A stretch of DNA of 63,763 bases, the filler included, from Folioceros fuciformis (taxonomy: Eukaryota): NCBI GenBank assembly GCA_049999805.1. It is 8 parts of 8 records of this genome, joined end to end, with 100 filler letters (N's around TTAATTAATTAA, not from the genome) between each part and the next. Parts side by side here need not be neighbours in the genome. Positions count along the whole stretch, not along the records: positions 47,031 to 57,679 come from JBNGIO010002892.1; positions 57,780 to 62,622 come from JBNGIO010002893.1; 6 more parts are not named here. One strand, given 5' to 3'. The notes beneath the pieces are model-generated. The model had not been told where the DNA came from. It was given only the letters and a program-made list of their open reading frames with translations, and searched no databases. Positions 47,956 through 61,269 of this stretch are shown here, piece by piece. The position numbers and the translations under genes were made by a program. Numbering within the stretch: the first letter of the stretch is position 1; every line of letters starts with the position of its first letter.

Positions 47956-49470
47956 CTGTTGCGCCAAGATCACGTAGGAGCTTCACCAGACCAGCAGGAA
48001 GCGGCTCCAGATCCTGCCACTCGCTGCTCTGCTCCCAGCTACCCATGCCTCCACTGCCAAACCTGCCACCACCTCCTCACGCCTACTCCACCACCACAGG
48101 CCTCGCTACACAACTCAACATCAACTGGAGCTAGTGAAGCCGTTCGCCTGGCCACGGAATCCCGAGCTCCCAAAGCATTATCTCGAACGTCTAACCGGTA
48201 CTGCACACACAACATCCTCCTATAGGCATCCACACCACAATCGCCGGTACAATGCTACACAGAACCTCACCCACCTGGCCACATACAATCCATACCACTC
48301 TACACACACAGGGATCATCCGATCACAATGCACTACAAGGATTGCCATGTCTCGCCGAAACACGAACCTACACACCTACCGTGCAACAGCCGTCCGCCCC
48401 ACTCAACAACCATCCATCATCAGCTCATTCTACACTGCTCACACTGCTACACCTCCCCACTATCCTCACACAAAGGCCATTGCCCCTACCTACTGGGCCT
48501 GTTGGCAAAGTACCTGGGGGTCAGCACGTGACACGACTCAACAGTAATCGCGACCACCCACAACCTTCCTCCGCACGCCGCCCACGGGTCCAACGCCCAA
48601 ACTCATCAAGGCAAGCCCTCGGCCCCAGGCCTGCCAAATCACCCTGCTCGGCTTCGGATCACCACCCTTTGCACCACCCAACACACGTACATGTTATCAA
48701 CTACCACACCCTCCAAGCCTATCAATGCAGTCCACACAGAAACACATCAACCTGGCCAGCTACCATGCCACAGTCATCCATATCGATCAATGCAGGAATC
48801 ATTAGCTCACACACTATTGCCAGCACTCGCACACCTCCACAAACCACGACTACCTCTTGCACACTATCTCGAAACAAATGCTATTGCCCATAGCTACTAG
48901 GCCGGTTGCCGAAGTACCTGAGCTCCAACACATCACAAAACTCACTCGAATTCACCCACAACCTCCATCGGCCCTGCGCCCGTCGGTCCCGAATGCCAGA
49001 TAGCAACGTAGAGAGAGACTCTTTCTCGCTCAGTGTGTTCCATTTTGTAGGCAACTTACAACACGATTCAGAAGCTTCCGACCTCTCTTCCTTCGACCTT
49101 CCCAGCACTCTCGCCCGCTCCCCTCCCCTCCCCAGGCCCTGCCACGCATCTTGGCAACTTTTCATCAACTCCCTGGACCCATCCGTCCGTACGGCGCCTG
49201 TGCATCTGACAACACATCGAAAACGCCCACGATAGAAAACAATTTTCTGACTTGCTCCACCCGTGCTCGACAAGTGAGTGGGGTGCAGCGAGGGATAGCT
49301 ACACCATCCCACCTCCTTCCTCCATCACCCTAAACTTACCATCACCTCACCAGCTTCAGGCTATTAACGCTTTGCGCAACTGCGTTCCAACTCGAGATCG
49401 TTGGTGAATTCACGGTCATGCACTCACCTTAGCACAGTGCGTGTGAATGACATGGCTACCAAATGATGAC

Positions 49471-52400
49471 TGAAGGAAATAGCTCAGACACAACACTGCC
49501 TGGGCAACGCACAGATCAACACAGTTAGCACACACAAGCATAGGCTATGAGTGACACACGCAATAGCACCACTGGCTTAGATCAACTCGAAAGTACGAGG
49601 CAATATGGTGCACAGTGTGCTACATATATAGCCTTTAGGCTAGGCAACTATCGAGAAGGTAAGCCCTAGACTCGAGAGTGCAATATCCTAATATACTAGA
49701 GTGAGTAGCAGAGGATTGAATCTCTAACACTTCCCCTTCAAGCTAAAGCTACTTACCAACGCCAACATTCGAACGAAAACGTGCAAACTTTGTGCCACTG
49801 AGGGCCTTGGTGAAGATATCCGCCACCATCTCCTCGGTGCGGAGGTATGAGATTTGAAGCACGCCTTTGTCAACTAAATCACGCACATAATGAAAGTGTA
49901 TGGGAATGTGCTTAGTGCGAGGGTGAAAACCGGGTCGATGAGCAAGAGCAATTGAGCTCGTGCTGTCAACAAAAGCTTAGATAGATTTCCCCGTGACTAT
50001 GCCAATATCTGCAAGAATTTTTTTGAACCATGCGATGTCGGCTCCCCCAATGGATAGGGCAATGTATTCGGCCTCGGCCGAGGAGAGTGCGACAATTGAT
50101 TGTTTCTTGCTGAGCCATTCGACGGCTCCTCCACATAGCATGTAACAACATCCTGTGGAAGATCGGGAATCCTTGTTGGTGCCCCAACCCTAGGCATCAG
50201 TGTAAACCTGAAGATCTGTTGCAAAGCCATTTCCATCATAGGTAATGCCATAAGGGATGGTGCCTTGAAGATACCGTAGAATTCGCTTCACAAGCTGCCA
50301 ATGGGTTGTGGTGTAGCATCCGGAGAATTGACTGACTGTAATCACAGCATAACATAGATGGGTCCATAAGGTACATTAGGCTTCCAATGAGGGCCTGGAA
50401 GGGGACGTCCTTCGGAATAGGGTCCTCAGAAAAGTCTGTCTCAAACAAGCGGAGTCTGGGTTCCATGGGGGAACTTATGGGCTTGTAGTTGTGCATACCG
50501 AACTTTTTCAGAATAAGAGAAGCAAACTTGGGCTGACTAATGTGAATCGTTCGCTTCTGTCTATCCCTGTGGATATGCATATCCAGAAAGAAAGTTGCCT
50601 ATCCAAGATCACGCATCCAGAAACTCATTGCCAATTGTCACTTAACCTCTTGGATTTTAGACAAGTTGTTCCCGAAAATGAGAGCCTCGTCCACATACAA
50701 GACGAGTACCAGGTGAACATCACCAACCGCTTAATGTAGACGTTTGAGTCAACGGAAGATGGTGTAAACCCCAAAAGCTTTAGGGCTTTGTCACATCTCA
50801 TAAACCACCGTAAGGCGGGTTGCTTCAAACCGTAAATGGACCAAAGAAGTTTGCACACCTTATCCTCCATGCTGGGAACCTCGAAACCTGGAGGTTGCCG
50901 CATATAAGATGTCTTCGACTAACTCACCGTAAAGGAATGTAGTCGTAATGTCCAAATGATGTATGTGCCAGTCCTGCTTTGCCGCCACGGCAAATAAGGT
51001 TCGCAAGCTATTCATGCGAACTACCAGGGAGAAGGTCTCCTCGTAGTCCAGCCCTTTCACCTGGGTGAAACCGCGAGCCACTAATCTTGCCTTGTGCCTT
51101 TCCACAGATCCGTCAACATTTTACTTCTTCTTGAAAGTCCACTTGCAGTCGACGGCTTTTCTCCTGGGTGGCAAATCAACCAATGTCCAAACGTTATTTT
51201 CAAGCATCGAATTATACTTAGTACGAATAGCTTCATTCCAAAACTCACCTTCAGGTCCGTTTCGTGCTTCCTCAATTGTGAGCGGGATCTCATCTTCGAG
51301 AAGAAAACATCATTCTGGTCCGCTCACCATGTTGAGCTGGGCATTCTTGCGGACCTTCCGCAAAGGCAGTCGGACCCTTGTCGACCGTCTCAGAATAGCT
51401 GCTGTTGGTTCGTCCTCTGGATCCTTCAATGTTGGAACTAACTCCTCAACTTGTTGCTGCTGTTGTGCTCCTTCTAGATTTCCTCTTCCAAGAATTCATG
51501 TGGGAACAATAGGTGGTAAGACCTCATCTGCTGGGATGTCCTCACCATCACCCTTCGGTATGTGGTGATCCTCTTCTGCTATCGTTGGTGGATTTGGAAC
51601 AAGGAAGGTGTCTTGGATAAACTCAGAGTCGAGATCCGTGTAAACACCCGTGCTCTCTGCATGACTTCCAAAGTTGTTCTCAGCAAACACGACATCAGAA
51701 CTTTCATACATCTGCTTGCTGACAGGATCCCACAATCTGTAGGCCTTTCGCTCATTCGCATAACCAATGAAGCTTCACTTGATGCTTCTGTCGTCCAACT
51801 TCTTTCGCAGTTGCTTAGGAACATGCACATATGCTATGTAGCCAAACACTCGCAAGTGTGAGACATTAGGTTTCTCACCAAACCAAGCTTCGTGGGGTAT
51901 CATGGAGCCGCCTAGCGCCATGGTAATTAACATATTCTGTACGTGTACTGCCGTTGCCACTGCATTTGCCCAAAAATATTTTGGCATCCTGCTTTCCGCT
52001 AGCATACTCCTAGCACCATTGCAGATGGTACGATTTTTCCGCTCGGCGATCCCTGCCTGTTGTGGCGTGTACCTTGTCGTCAACTGCCTCTCAATTCCGG
52101 CTGCTGTGCATTCATCCTTGAAGAGTTTACTCAAATACTCTCCTCCCTCATCAGTTCGAAGTTTCTTCAACTTCTTTCCGGTTTGTTTCTCCGCAGTCAC
52201 CCTGAACATCTGAAATGCTTGGAGGGCATCACTCTTCTTCCGCAGGAAGTACACCGCTGTTCTCCTACTGTAGTCGTCGATAAATGAAATATAGTATTTC
52301 GCCTGTATCATCCTTGCTTCCACTTGCATTGGTCCGCAAAGATCAGAGTGGACAAGTTCCAAGACTTCTTTTGCTCTCTTCATGATTGAAACATAAGATC

Positions 52401-54114
52401 TTCGGGGATGCTTGCCTTTCATACAAGCATCACACAAACCAAATTCTGCCTTCTGGAGCTCCATTCCTGTCAGAAGCTTCTTCCACTCCATCTCCAGGAG
52501 AAACTTCAAGTTGGTATGCCCAAACCGTCTATGCCACAGTAAGGCATTTCCACATTTCTTTGACACTGTCAGAACTTATTGGTCGTTGGGAACCTCCATC
52601 TGGTACAAGTTCCTTGTGCGGTCGCCTTTTGCCACCACATCGCCGTGCATTTGTCCATTCTTCATAAACAAAACTTCCTTCTTCGTAAAAAGGACCTGCG
52701 GACCTGCATCGGTCAATAATGCGACGGACATGAGATTTCTACGTCGATGCGGTACAAACATTGCTCCTTCCATTGCCTTGATCTCGTTGTCGAGCAATCT
52801 GAGTCTGTACTCCCCCACACCCTCGACGCCTATCTCGCTATCGTTCCCTAGGCGCACCACTATCTTCTCCCTCCTGTAGTCTTGAAGGAGCTCTTTATCC
52901 TTTACCATAAAGGATATACATGCAGAATCTATCGTCAGGTATCGTTTTGCTTGTGTACTGTAGCACGCGTGCGATACTTCTTCTGTGAGCATTGCCTCTG
53001 CAACCTCACCTTTACTCTCACCCTCCGTGAGATGTGCGGTCTTTCGATCCTTGCAATCCTTCTCATAATGACCATACTTGAAGCATTTCCGGCACTATCC
53101 CCTCTTCACTATTCTCTTGTCCTTCTGTTACTGCGAGGACTCCCCTTTCTTGTCCTTGTTTCGGTTGTTCCGTCCCTTCCCCTTGATGAACATCGCATGC
53201 TCCAGACCAATGGAAGATCCCGCCATTGCGTCCGATTGGCGAGTCTCCTTCGCCAACATCTTAGAGGTGGCCTCCTCCCATGTGAGAGTGTCTTGGGCTA
53301 TTAGAGAATCTATGAACCCTGACCAAGCTTCGGGCTAGGACGATATAGAAACATCTTCTATATGTCCTCTTGGATAGCAAAGCACTCATTAGCTGATGCT
53401 AGCGCTGTAGACAGTTCGTGAAAGATGTCAATGTGCTTTCGCAAATCGTCTTCGTCTGAATACTTCAATGTTGTCACATGAAAAAACAAGTGAAATACTT
53501 CACCTGCTCCCTTTTGGCCATATTTCTCATCGAGAATATTCCAAATGTACTATGTGCCCTTATCTGGTTCTCCGACCTTCAACTGGACTGCCATAGAGAG
53601 ATTTGTATATAGAAGAGCTGTACCCTTGTGGTCTCTCCACATCCATTCTCTCTACGCTCTCCCCTCATCTTTGGGTTTCGGTTCTTTGCCCTCGGTAATG
53701 CCGTACGCGTCCTCTGCCATCAGCAGAACCTTCATGGAACTCCGTTCCATCAAACACTCACGTCCTCAAGGCCGCGGTGGTTACTGAGCCGATCACCATC
53801 ACAACTCCATCCTCTCTTATCAAGTCTCGCGATTAGTGTTCCTGCTCTGATACCATGAAGGAAACAACTCAGACACAACACTGCCTGGCAACGCACAGGA
53901 TCAACACAGTTAGCAGACACAAGCAGAGGCTATGGGTGACACACGCAATAGCACCACTGGCTTAGATGGACTCGAAAGTACAAGGCAATATGGTGCACAG
54001 TGTGCTACATATATAGCCTTTAGGCTAGGCAACTATCGAGAAGGTAAGCCCCAGACTCGAGAGTGCAATATCCTAATATACTAGAGTGAGTAGCAGAGGA
54101 TTGAATCTCTAACA
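49471..54114 (-). mobile_element. Full-length Ty1/Copia LTR retrotransposon (family B), inactivated
   Basis: LTRs 49471-49729 and 53856-54114, PBS (rc gctctgatacca) 53844-53855, PPT next to 49729, near-TSD atgac/atgat. Motifs WHRRFGH, HSDLCGP, HKARLVARGF and SIYGLKQ. Confidence 0.96.
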
Positions 54115-55331
54115 ATGATGTTTGCAAAACGCTTTCTTACGCCTGCACCACATGCCCTAAGACCCCAGCAACTTCATCCCTCACCCATAATGTGGGGACC
54201 AGTAAGTGCTATTTCACATGGTGGCCTCCATCCACTGCACCACGGCTTCAGAATTACCTTCTCCTCTCGCATACGACAAGTGTACAGGAACATGAATCTC
54301 ACAATCATATACAATGCGTTACAGGTTCCATGAAACTACACACAAGATTGTGTAGAAAACAAATGGTTATGATAGCTATTGCTGGCACCACCTTCCTTGC
54401 ACCAAACAATGCATAATATTATACAAAGACGTGAGTCAAGATCTGCATAATATTATACAAAGACGTGAGTCAAGATCTGGGCCTTGGGAAAAGACCACGC
54501 CTCTTTCACCTTCCTCGTCCTCTTATCCTGTTCAACGACTGGAACCGAGCTGACTGACACCCTACGTTTGCCACTAATTGCAAGAGCTCTAGACACAGGA
54601 CGATAGCCTGGAGGAGCCGTGGACGGAGGATGCCTTGAAACTCGTGACAACATGGTGGGCTGAACCATCGTGACAAATTATGTCAATGCCTACCTATGCA
54701 TCTCATCTCAGTAGCCTTGCCAACCTTCCTGCCCTGCGTGAAGCACAGTGCAGACAGAAACATGAAGAATCAACATGGTTCATCAGACAGCCTTCTGTAT
54801 GCAAGCCCAAGGGCGTTTCTCATTCACGACTCAACGAAACAATGAACTCATGTGGATGTGTTAAGGATTCTACTCTGCAAGCATCATTGGCAAGCATCGT
54901 TATAGAGACAGGGCACCCTGCAGCTTTGAATTCTCGACCATGCACCACAGTCTGCATGGTGCCTCTTCGTGTGTGTGCATGCGAATGCACAGACACAAAG
55001 AGGGAGTTCTAGGCCAGTTGTGGACATCAGGGTGAGCCATAGACGGACATCAGGTGCTTCTACACGTGTCCGGAATCCATCCCACACCTCTAGTGTAATC
55101 TGTCCCACACTCTTTCCAAACCAACGGGAACCACAAAAGCTCTGCCTACTGTGAGCATGTAGGGATACATACAGGTAAGCTGATCGTGGAATTAGGACTC
55201 CAGCGTTCGTGGCCGTTCATGAATAGTCATGACTCACCAGACATATGCTCTCAGAGCACCCTCCTTGTACAGTTTTCCTGACACAACTAATAGAACTCGT
55301 TTTTCAGTCTCGCCATTCTCATCCTGAGACA

Positions 55332-57462
55332 TGGTATCAAAGCCTCGTCCATGACTCCAATAGCCTACAATGGCTTGCCATAATCAAATCTGCAAACAAA
55401 AGCATCACAACCTCATAGCACAGATTAACAGGTTGAGATTGCAGAAAACGTGCTTACAACAATAGGTCACACATACACCTCGTTTTCCTTGCCACCAATG
55501 CAAGGAGATCAGACAAACCATGCAGAAGTTAGAGCAAGTTGCAATAAATAGCCACAAACAAACAACATAATTGAGAAGGCATGTCAACTACCTAGATGCT
55601 ATCATCCAAGCCATTATATTCAAGTAGCTTAGGCTTGTGACACCCCTAAGCAGTAGGATGGCTAGCTCTAGTACCCTTCCTGCCACACAATCGAGACAAT
55701 ACCAGATAGACAAATTGACTCACCAGAATTATGCAACATGGTCCATAAGGGTAGAATCTCTCCTAAAAAAGTTGACACTATGGCCAGTGGTGGATGGCTC
55801 GGAAGCCAAACCAGCCAAGGGTCATGCAGACGAAGATGCTTGGATCGTCAAGGATGCCTCTGCCCATGCGGAGATCATCTTGCACATAGGAGATAGAATC
55901 CTACCCACTGTCACACGACAACCTACTGCCAAATCCCTATGGGACAAACTCGCAACATCATTGCAGGAGGTAAGCTTACCCTCACACAGCTCCTCATTGC
56001 TCAAAGGTTACCCTCCATCAAACTTAAGGACGGAGCTTTGGTCTCTGATTTCTTGGAAACCTAGGAAAGGACACTGGACGAATCTATCTCCACAGGACTC
56101 GACCTAAAGGAGGAACAGCAAGTTACGCAATTACTCATGGCTCTCCCAAAATCGTGGAGGTCATTTGTGTCAACACAAGCGAACGAAGCTACCAAACAAA
56201 AACCTCTAACCTTACCAAGCCTTCTAATCAAAATTCAAAATGAAGATGTCTTAAATGCAGTGGACAACTCCCCTACCTCAGCCCTCTTTGCAAGTGGGCG
56301 CAAGAATCCTAGGTTCAAAATTGGATCTAGGCCAAATTTCGGATCTCCTTCAGGATCCAACCACCCACCTCCTCCAAACCCTAATCACAGGGACAAAACT
56401 TGTCACTATTGCTCCAAGAGAGGGCATATTGCCCCAGACTGCAGAGAGAAACAGCGTGACAAAGTTGCTGGAACTTACAATCCACCAGGAAGTACCTCTA
56501 GCACATTTGCTGTAGCAACCACTTCCAACAATGCTTATATATTTCTGTTGTCTTTGCCTTGGCTGCAAGTTCCATCCTTCCGGATCAGTGGCTACTTGAT
56601 TCATGAGCTACCGAACACAAGACGCCACGTAAAGAATGGTTCCTAGATTATTCTACACTTGAGGTACCCCTCCCCGTACTCATAGGAGATTACTCACCCC
56701 ATATGGCCGTCGGGAAGGGCACCATACAAATTCAAGTGCGTGACATCACAGCTCGCATTAAGGATGTCCTACACGTCCCATGGCTGTCCAAGAATCTGCT
56801 TTCCGTAAATCAGATTATCTGTAACCCTAACCACATAATTACCTTCAACCAACAAGGATGCGTGATACACACAACTACCTCTGAAGGTCAACATCGAAAT
56901 ATCTTTTGCCCTCGTCAAGGAGGCCTCTTCCCCGTAGGTGTTGGGATTCCTCCCCCTACTAAGCCGACATGCGTCAGTTTAGTGGCTAACCCCAACCACA
57001 GCTCCTTGATTAAGCTCTGGCATTTGAGGCTAGCACACCTTCACTACCAGGGCATCAAGAGGATGCAATCTAAACACATGGTAGAGAGGTTACCCCCTAA
57101 TTTCCAGGGTGATCTTCCTTTGTGTGAAGGCTGCTTGTTAGGCAAGCAACATACCCAACCTTACCCTAGGTCAGACAGCACCACAACAAGTGTCTTAGAA
57201 CTGGTGCATGCAGACCTTTGTGGCCCCATGCAAACTGAATCTCTAACAGGGAAATTACATATGTTTGTTCTTCTAGATGACTATAGTCACTACACCCACC
57301 TCCACTTTTTAAGGCACAAGTCAGAAGCATTTGCGTCTTTTTAGCAATACAAAGCCCTAGTGGAAAATCAGACTGGGAAGTTCATCAAGATTTATCGCAC
57401 AGACAATGCTGGAGAACTCACCTCTCCTGCTTTCGAGAATTTCCTTTCTGCTCATGGCATAA
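55332..57462 (+). mobile_element. Ty1/Copia family C 5' part (PBS, gag, protease, integrase)
   Basis: PBS tggtatcaaagcc at 55332. KLTHQNYATWS, CHYCSKRGHIAPDC, WHLRLAH, HADLCGP and RTDNAGE motifs. Truncated at 57462. Confidence 0.9.
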
Positions 57463-57679
57463 TGTTGAGTTATCGAGCTCTATATGAGCTAAACTCATGT
57501 GGTGTTAGTTATCCCAGTTGGGTTCATACTAGACTAGTTCTAGTTATTAGTGAACTTAGGATAGTGTAGATTATCCCATATTGAACCTGGAAGTTGTGTA
57601 GCCCTAAATGTACTACTTAAATGGAGACCTCGGACCTCCATAGTAAGACAATGGTGATGTGTATTGTTTTCATGGTTGT
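57463..57679 (+). mobile_element. LTR start of another element inserted into the Copia C integrase
   Basis: Starts TGTTG where integrase homology ends. Shares a 33-bp block with the Copia A LTR. Confidence 0.6.
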
Positions 57680-57779
57680 NNNNNNNNNNNNNNNNNNNNN
57701 NNNNNNNNNNNNNNNNNNNNNNNTTAATTAATTAANNNNNNNNNNNNNNNNNNNNNNNNNNNNNNNNNNNNNNNNNNNN
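57680..57779. other. Artificial contig spacer
   Basis: N44-TTAATTAATTAA-N44. Confidence 0.97.
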
Positions 57780-60465
57780 TCCAGGCCAGGTACATCTCTG
57801 CCCTTTTCTGAGGCTTGTAGAAGGAACTGCTCATCAAAGATAACATTTCTGGCATGCAGGAAACGACGGTGCAGGGGGTCATAAAGCTTGTAGCCTTTAA
57901 TGCCCTCTGTATAGCCGATGAAAAAGTGTTTGGTTGCCTTAAAGTCCATCTTGCGTCTGACTTCATCAGGTGTATGAGCATAGGCTGGACAGCCCCAGAT
58001 CCGCAAGTGGTCCACCCGAGGCTTGACGCCAGTCCACCGCTCAAAAGGTGTAGCATTGGCAAAAGCACGAGTGGGTAGCCTGTTTTGAATGTAGACAGCT
58101 GTGGCAACAGCTTCTGCCCAGAAGCACCGGGGAAGTCGGGCAAGATGCAGCATAGACTTAGCAACAGCCTGTGTGACCTTGTTTTTGTTCTCAGGCAAAG
58201 GATTTTGCTCATGCTCATAGGGAACGGTGAGTTGCCGAAGAATACCCTCCCGTGAGCAAAACTCCGTGAATTCTCCTGAGGTAAACTCGCCTCCATTGTC
58301 ACTTCTCAAGCATTTCAATTTCTGACCTGTAAAGCATTGAGCATACGAGAGGTACAGAAGAAAGCAAGAGAAGGCTTCACTTTTGTGCTTGAGAAAGTAA
58401 GTGACTGTAAACCGACTCCAGTCATCAATGAGATGCATAAAATAGAGAGCACCACTAAGGGACCGTGTGGACATGGGACCACAGAGGTCAGTGTGCACAG
58501 TTTGGAGTAGGTGAGTGGCCCTCGTCGCATCTTGATTGGGATGAGGAGCCTTATGGTGCTTCCCTTGTATGCAGGCTTCACAGAAAATGGAGTTCTCAGA
58601 CTTGAAGTGAAGCGGAGTCCGATACAAGGATGAAGCAGGCAGGGTCCGGAGACGTTGGATGTGTACATGTCCCAGGCGGCAGTGCCACAGTTGCGTCTCA
58701 TTGGGAGAACTGGTGGCTGTAGCGTGAGCAGCTGGTGGCCTCAACTGCTGTATAGGATTACTCTTCAAGTTGAGCTGGTATAGGTCATTCTTGAGAGTAC
58801 ATGTAACCAATAACTGGTGTGGTGCAGCAGCCTCCCGCAGAGCAAGACCATCAGGTGTCATCTCCAAGGTAAGAAGTGGAGGAGACAGGCGTCTTAATGA
58901 GACTAGATTTTTAGCCATTTGTGGGACAAAGATGACATCTAACAGAGTGATGGTCTTGCCTTGTGCAGGGTGAAGGACGACTGTGCCAGTGCCCTCAATG
59001 CATAGCCCACTGTCAACACCTAAAAGTACAAAGTGTCCCTTAGGAGAAGACGTGAAAGTGGTAAAGGCTGTGCGAGTGTTACAGACATGCGTGGTGGCAC
59101 CTGAGTCTAGATACCAAGCATGCCTGTCTTCAGAAGAGGAGACCATACACATTGTGAGGATGGCCCCTGTATTTTTCTTGGAGGATACGTGAGCAGATGG
59201 AGGGGCTTCTCGCTTAGGTTCACCATTCTGCTTCTTGCGGCATCTGCTGTTGATGAACTCCAAGCTGCAGTGGCCCTCCTTATGTCACTACCAGAAAAAT
59301 ACAACAGCTTCGTGAGCACTCAAAATCAACACACACAGACAGCTCAAGCAGCAGTGGCTGCTGGCACACCATCACCAATCACACTCTCAGATATCATTGG
59401 TGCTCTACTCAACGAGGAGGCTACTCACACTCGTGGTCGAGGCTCCTCCTCTAGTAACCCTGCACGAGCCATGTTCGTTTCCCGAGGATGAGGACGGCGT
59501 GCTCAAGGTGGCAACCGCCCACCTTACAAACCAGGCTCTCCTCGCCCTGCATGGTCAGCCTCCAAGCCCAGTACTGCTAAGAGAGGCCTTTGCACATGGT
59601 GCAGAATACCAGGGCATTTAGAATCTGAATTGCCAGCCGTAATCAATTTGGTACGTAACATCCTGAAGCGGCTAACATGATTCTCAACAGTATCACCATC
59701 TCGCATTCTCAGATTGTAAAAGGCACGTGTGGCATGAACCAGTGTTGTGACACTTTTCTTCTGGTGTACTTGGCAGAGTGAGTCCCAGATTGCCTTCGAA
59801 CTGTTTGCCTCGCGGGCATGAGACATCATGCTTAAATCCAAAGCAGAGTGGATCACGTTTTGGGCGCGAAGATCCTTGAGTTTCCAGGCATGCTGGTCTG
59901 CTCGGCTTGCAGCAGTTGCACCTGTAGTAGGTGTTGCTGGAATTGGAGTTGCTCCAGTAACGAACTCCCAAAGTTCGAGCTCTTGAAGAATAGTACGTAC
60001 TCGAATCATCCAGATATCGAAATGTTGGCCACTAAATCTATCTTTGTCTTTAAAGTCATACTTAAAATTGTTGACTATGACGTTTGCAGGAGGATTAGTG
60101 GTACCCATGACAGTATACTGACTGAATTGCGTTTGACTTAGATCAAACAATTGATCACGATAGAGTGAAGAAGAATGACTAGAGGCAGGTGAATTATGTG
60201 AGGACCTTGGTGTGGAGACCGAACTATCAGAAGAGGGAGACTGAGAGAAAATAACTTCAGACGCTAGCGTGCCAGGAGTGCTGACTGAACTTGGTGCAGG
60301 ATCTGGAAGGGTGTACTCGTCTAAGTAGTCAAAAGGATTTTCTGGAAGGACAGGTGCCTGTTCGAACCCAGAGATTGGTGACTCTTCAGATATCCCCTCA
60401 AATCCAGAAGTTGGTAGCGTTTCAGGTACTTCTTCAGATCCGACCCTCGTTGGGGACAGGTCCAA
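57780..60465 (-). mobile_element. Ty1/Copia family D gag-protease-integrase with an internal ~390-bp inversion
   Basis: Minus strand carries the gag N-terminus (FSGQHFDIWMIRVRTIL) plus WYLDSGATTH, HTDLCGP and LRSDNGGEF. The central gag and zinc knuckle lie on the + strand at ~59243-59630. Confidence 0.9.
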
Positions 60466-60816
60466 ATCTTGAGCTTGAAGGTGACGCTTCAGAGCTCGAT
60501 CTTGGGTGTGACGTTCCGGGTCTAGCAGGAATCCGGCGCGGTGGCCTCCCTGCAGGGCTTGGATCCCAAGGTTCCGACATATTCAACCACCATCTTCCTT
60601 GATTTCTCCTCAAGTGTCATATGTGTCAAGAATGCGGCCACTTCTGAGATGACGTCGTCCTTGGATCTTCCTACAGGTAAAATGCAAGGAAGCTCTGAGG
60701 AGAAGTTTGGCACGGTTTGATGGAGGTTGATAAACACTGTTCTTTCTGGCTCAGTTTCCAATGACTGTGAGGTCCGCTGCTTGATCACTCCTTCCAGGTG
60801 CGCAACCTTTGTGAAC

Positions 60817-61269
60817 AGTCAGATTCCTGCAGATGTTCTTACCAAGGGGCTCTCTACGGAGCAATTCGCACAAGCTCGGACACTCATGGGCATGAGCTAG
60901 ACCACTCTCTTATGAAGGTAAATTGGCCTTTAAGTGGGAGGTTGTAGGGTTATTAAAGCCCAATGTGCTTAGGCTAATGTGTTTAGTCTAAGATTAGTAT
61001 CTAGTTAATGTGCTTAGACTAATGTGTTTAGTCTAAGATTAGTGTCTAGTTAAGTATCATTAGTTTAGATTAGCTTAAGCTAATCTGTAGGAAGCTTCTT
61101 GCGCAGCTTCCTGTGAGCTTCTTGTGAAGCTTCCTAGGGAGCTCTTCTAGAGGGTATAAATACCCCCTTGAGCTCCCTTGCCAACCACTCTTAATGTGAC
61201 CTCTTTTTCTCCTCTCCTCTCTGCCTCCTCTTCTCCTCTCCTCCACCATGCTCCTCTAGTGATCCTACA
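60817..61269 (+). mobile_element. Copia family E 3' end with LTR 60943-61269
   Basis: ADVLTKGLSTEQF* tail, PPT and TGTAGG...CCTACA LTR nearly identical to 43906-44221. Confidence 0.9.
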
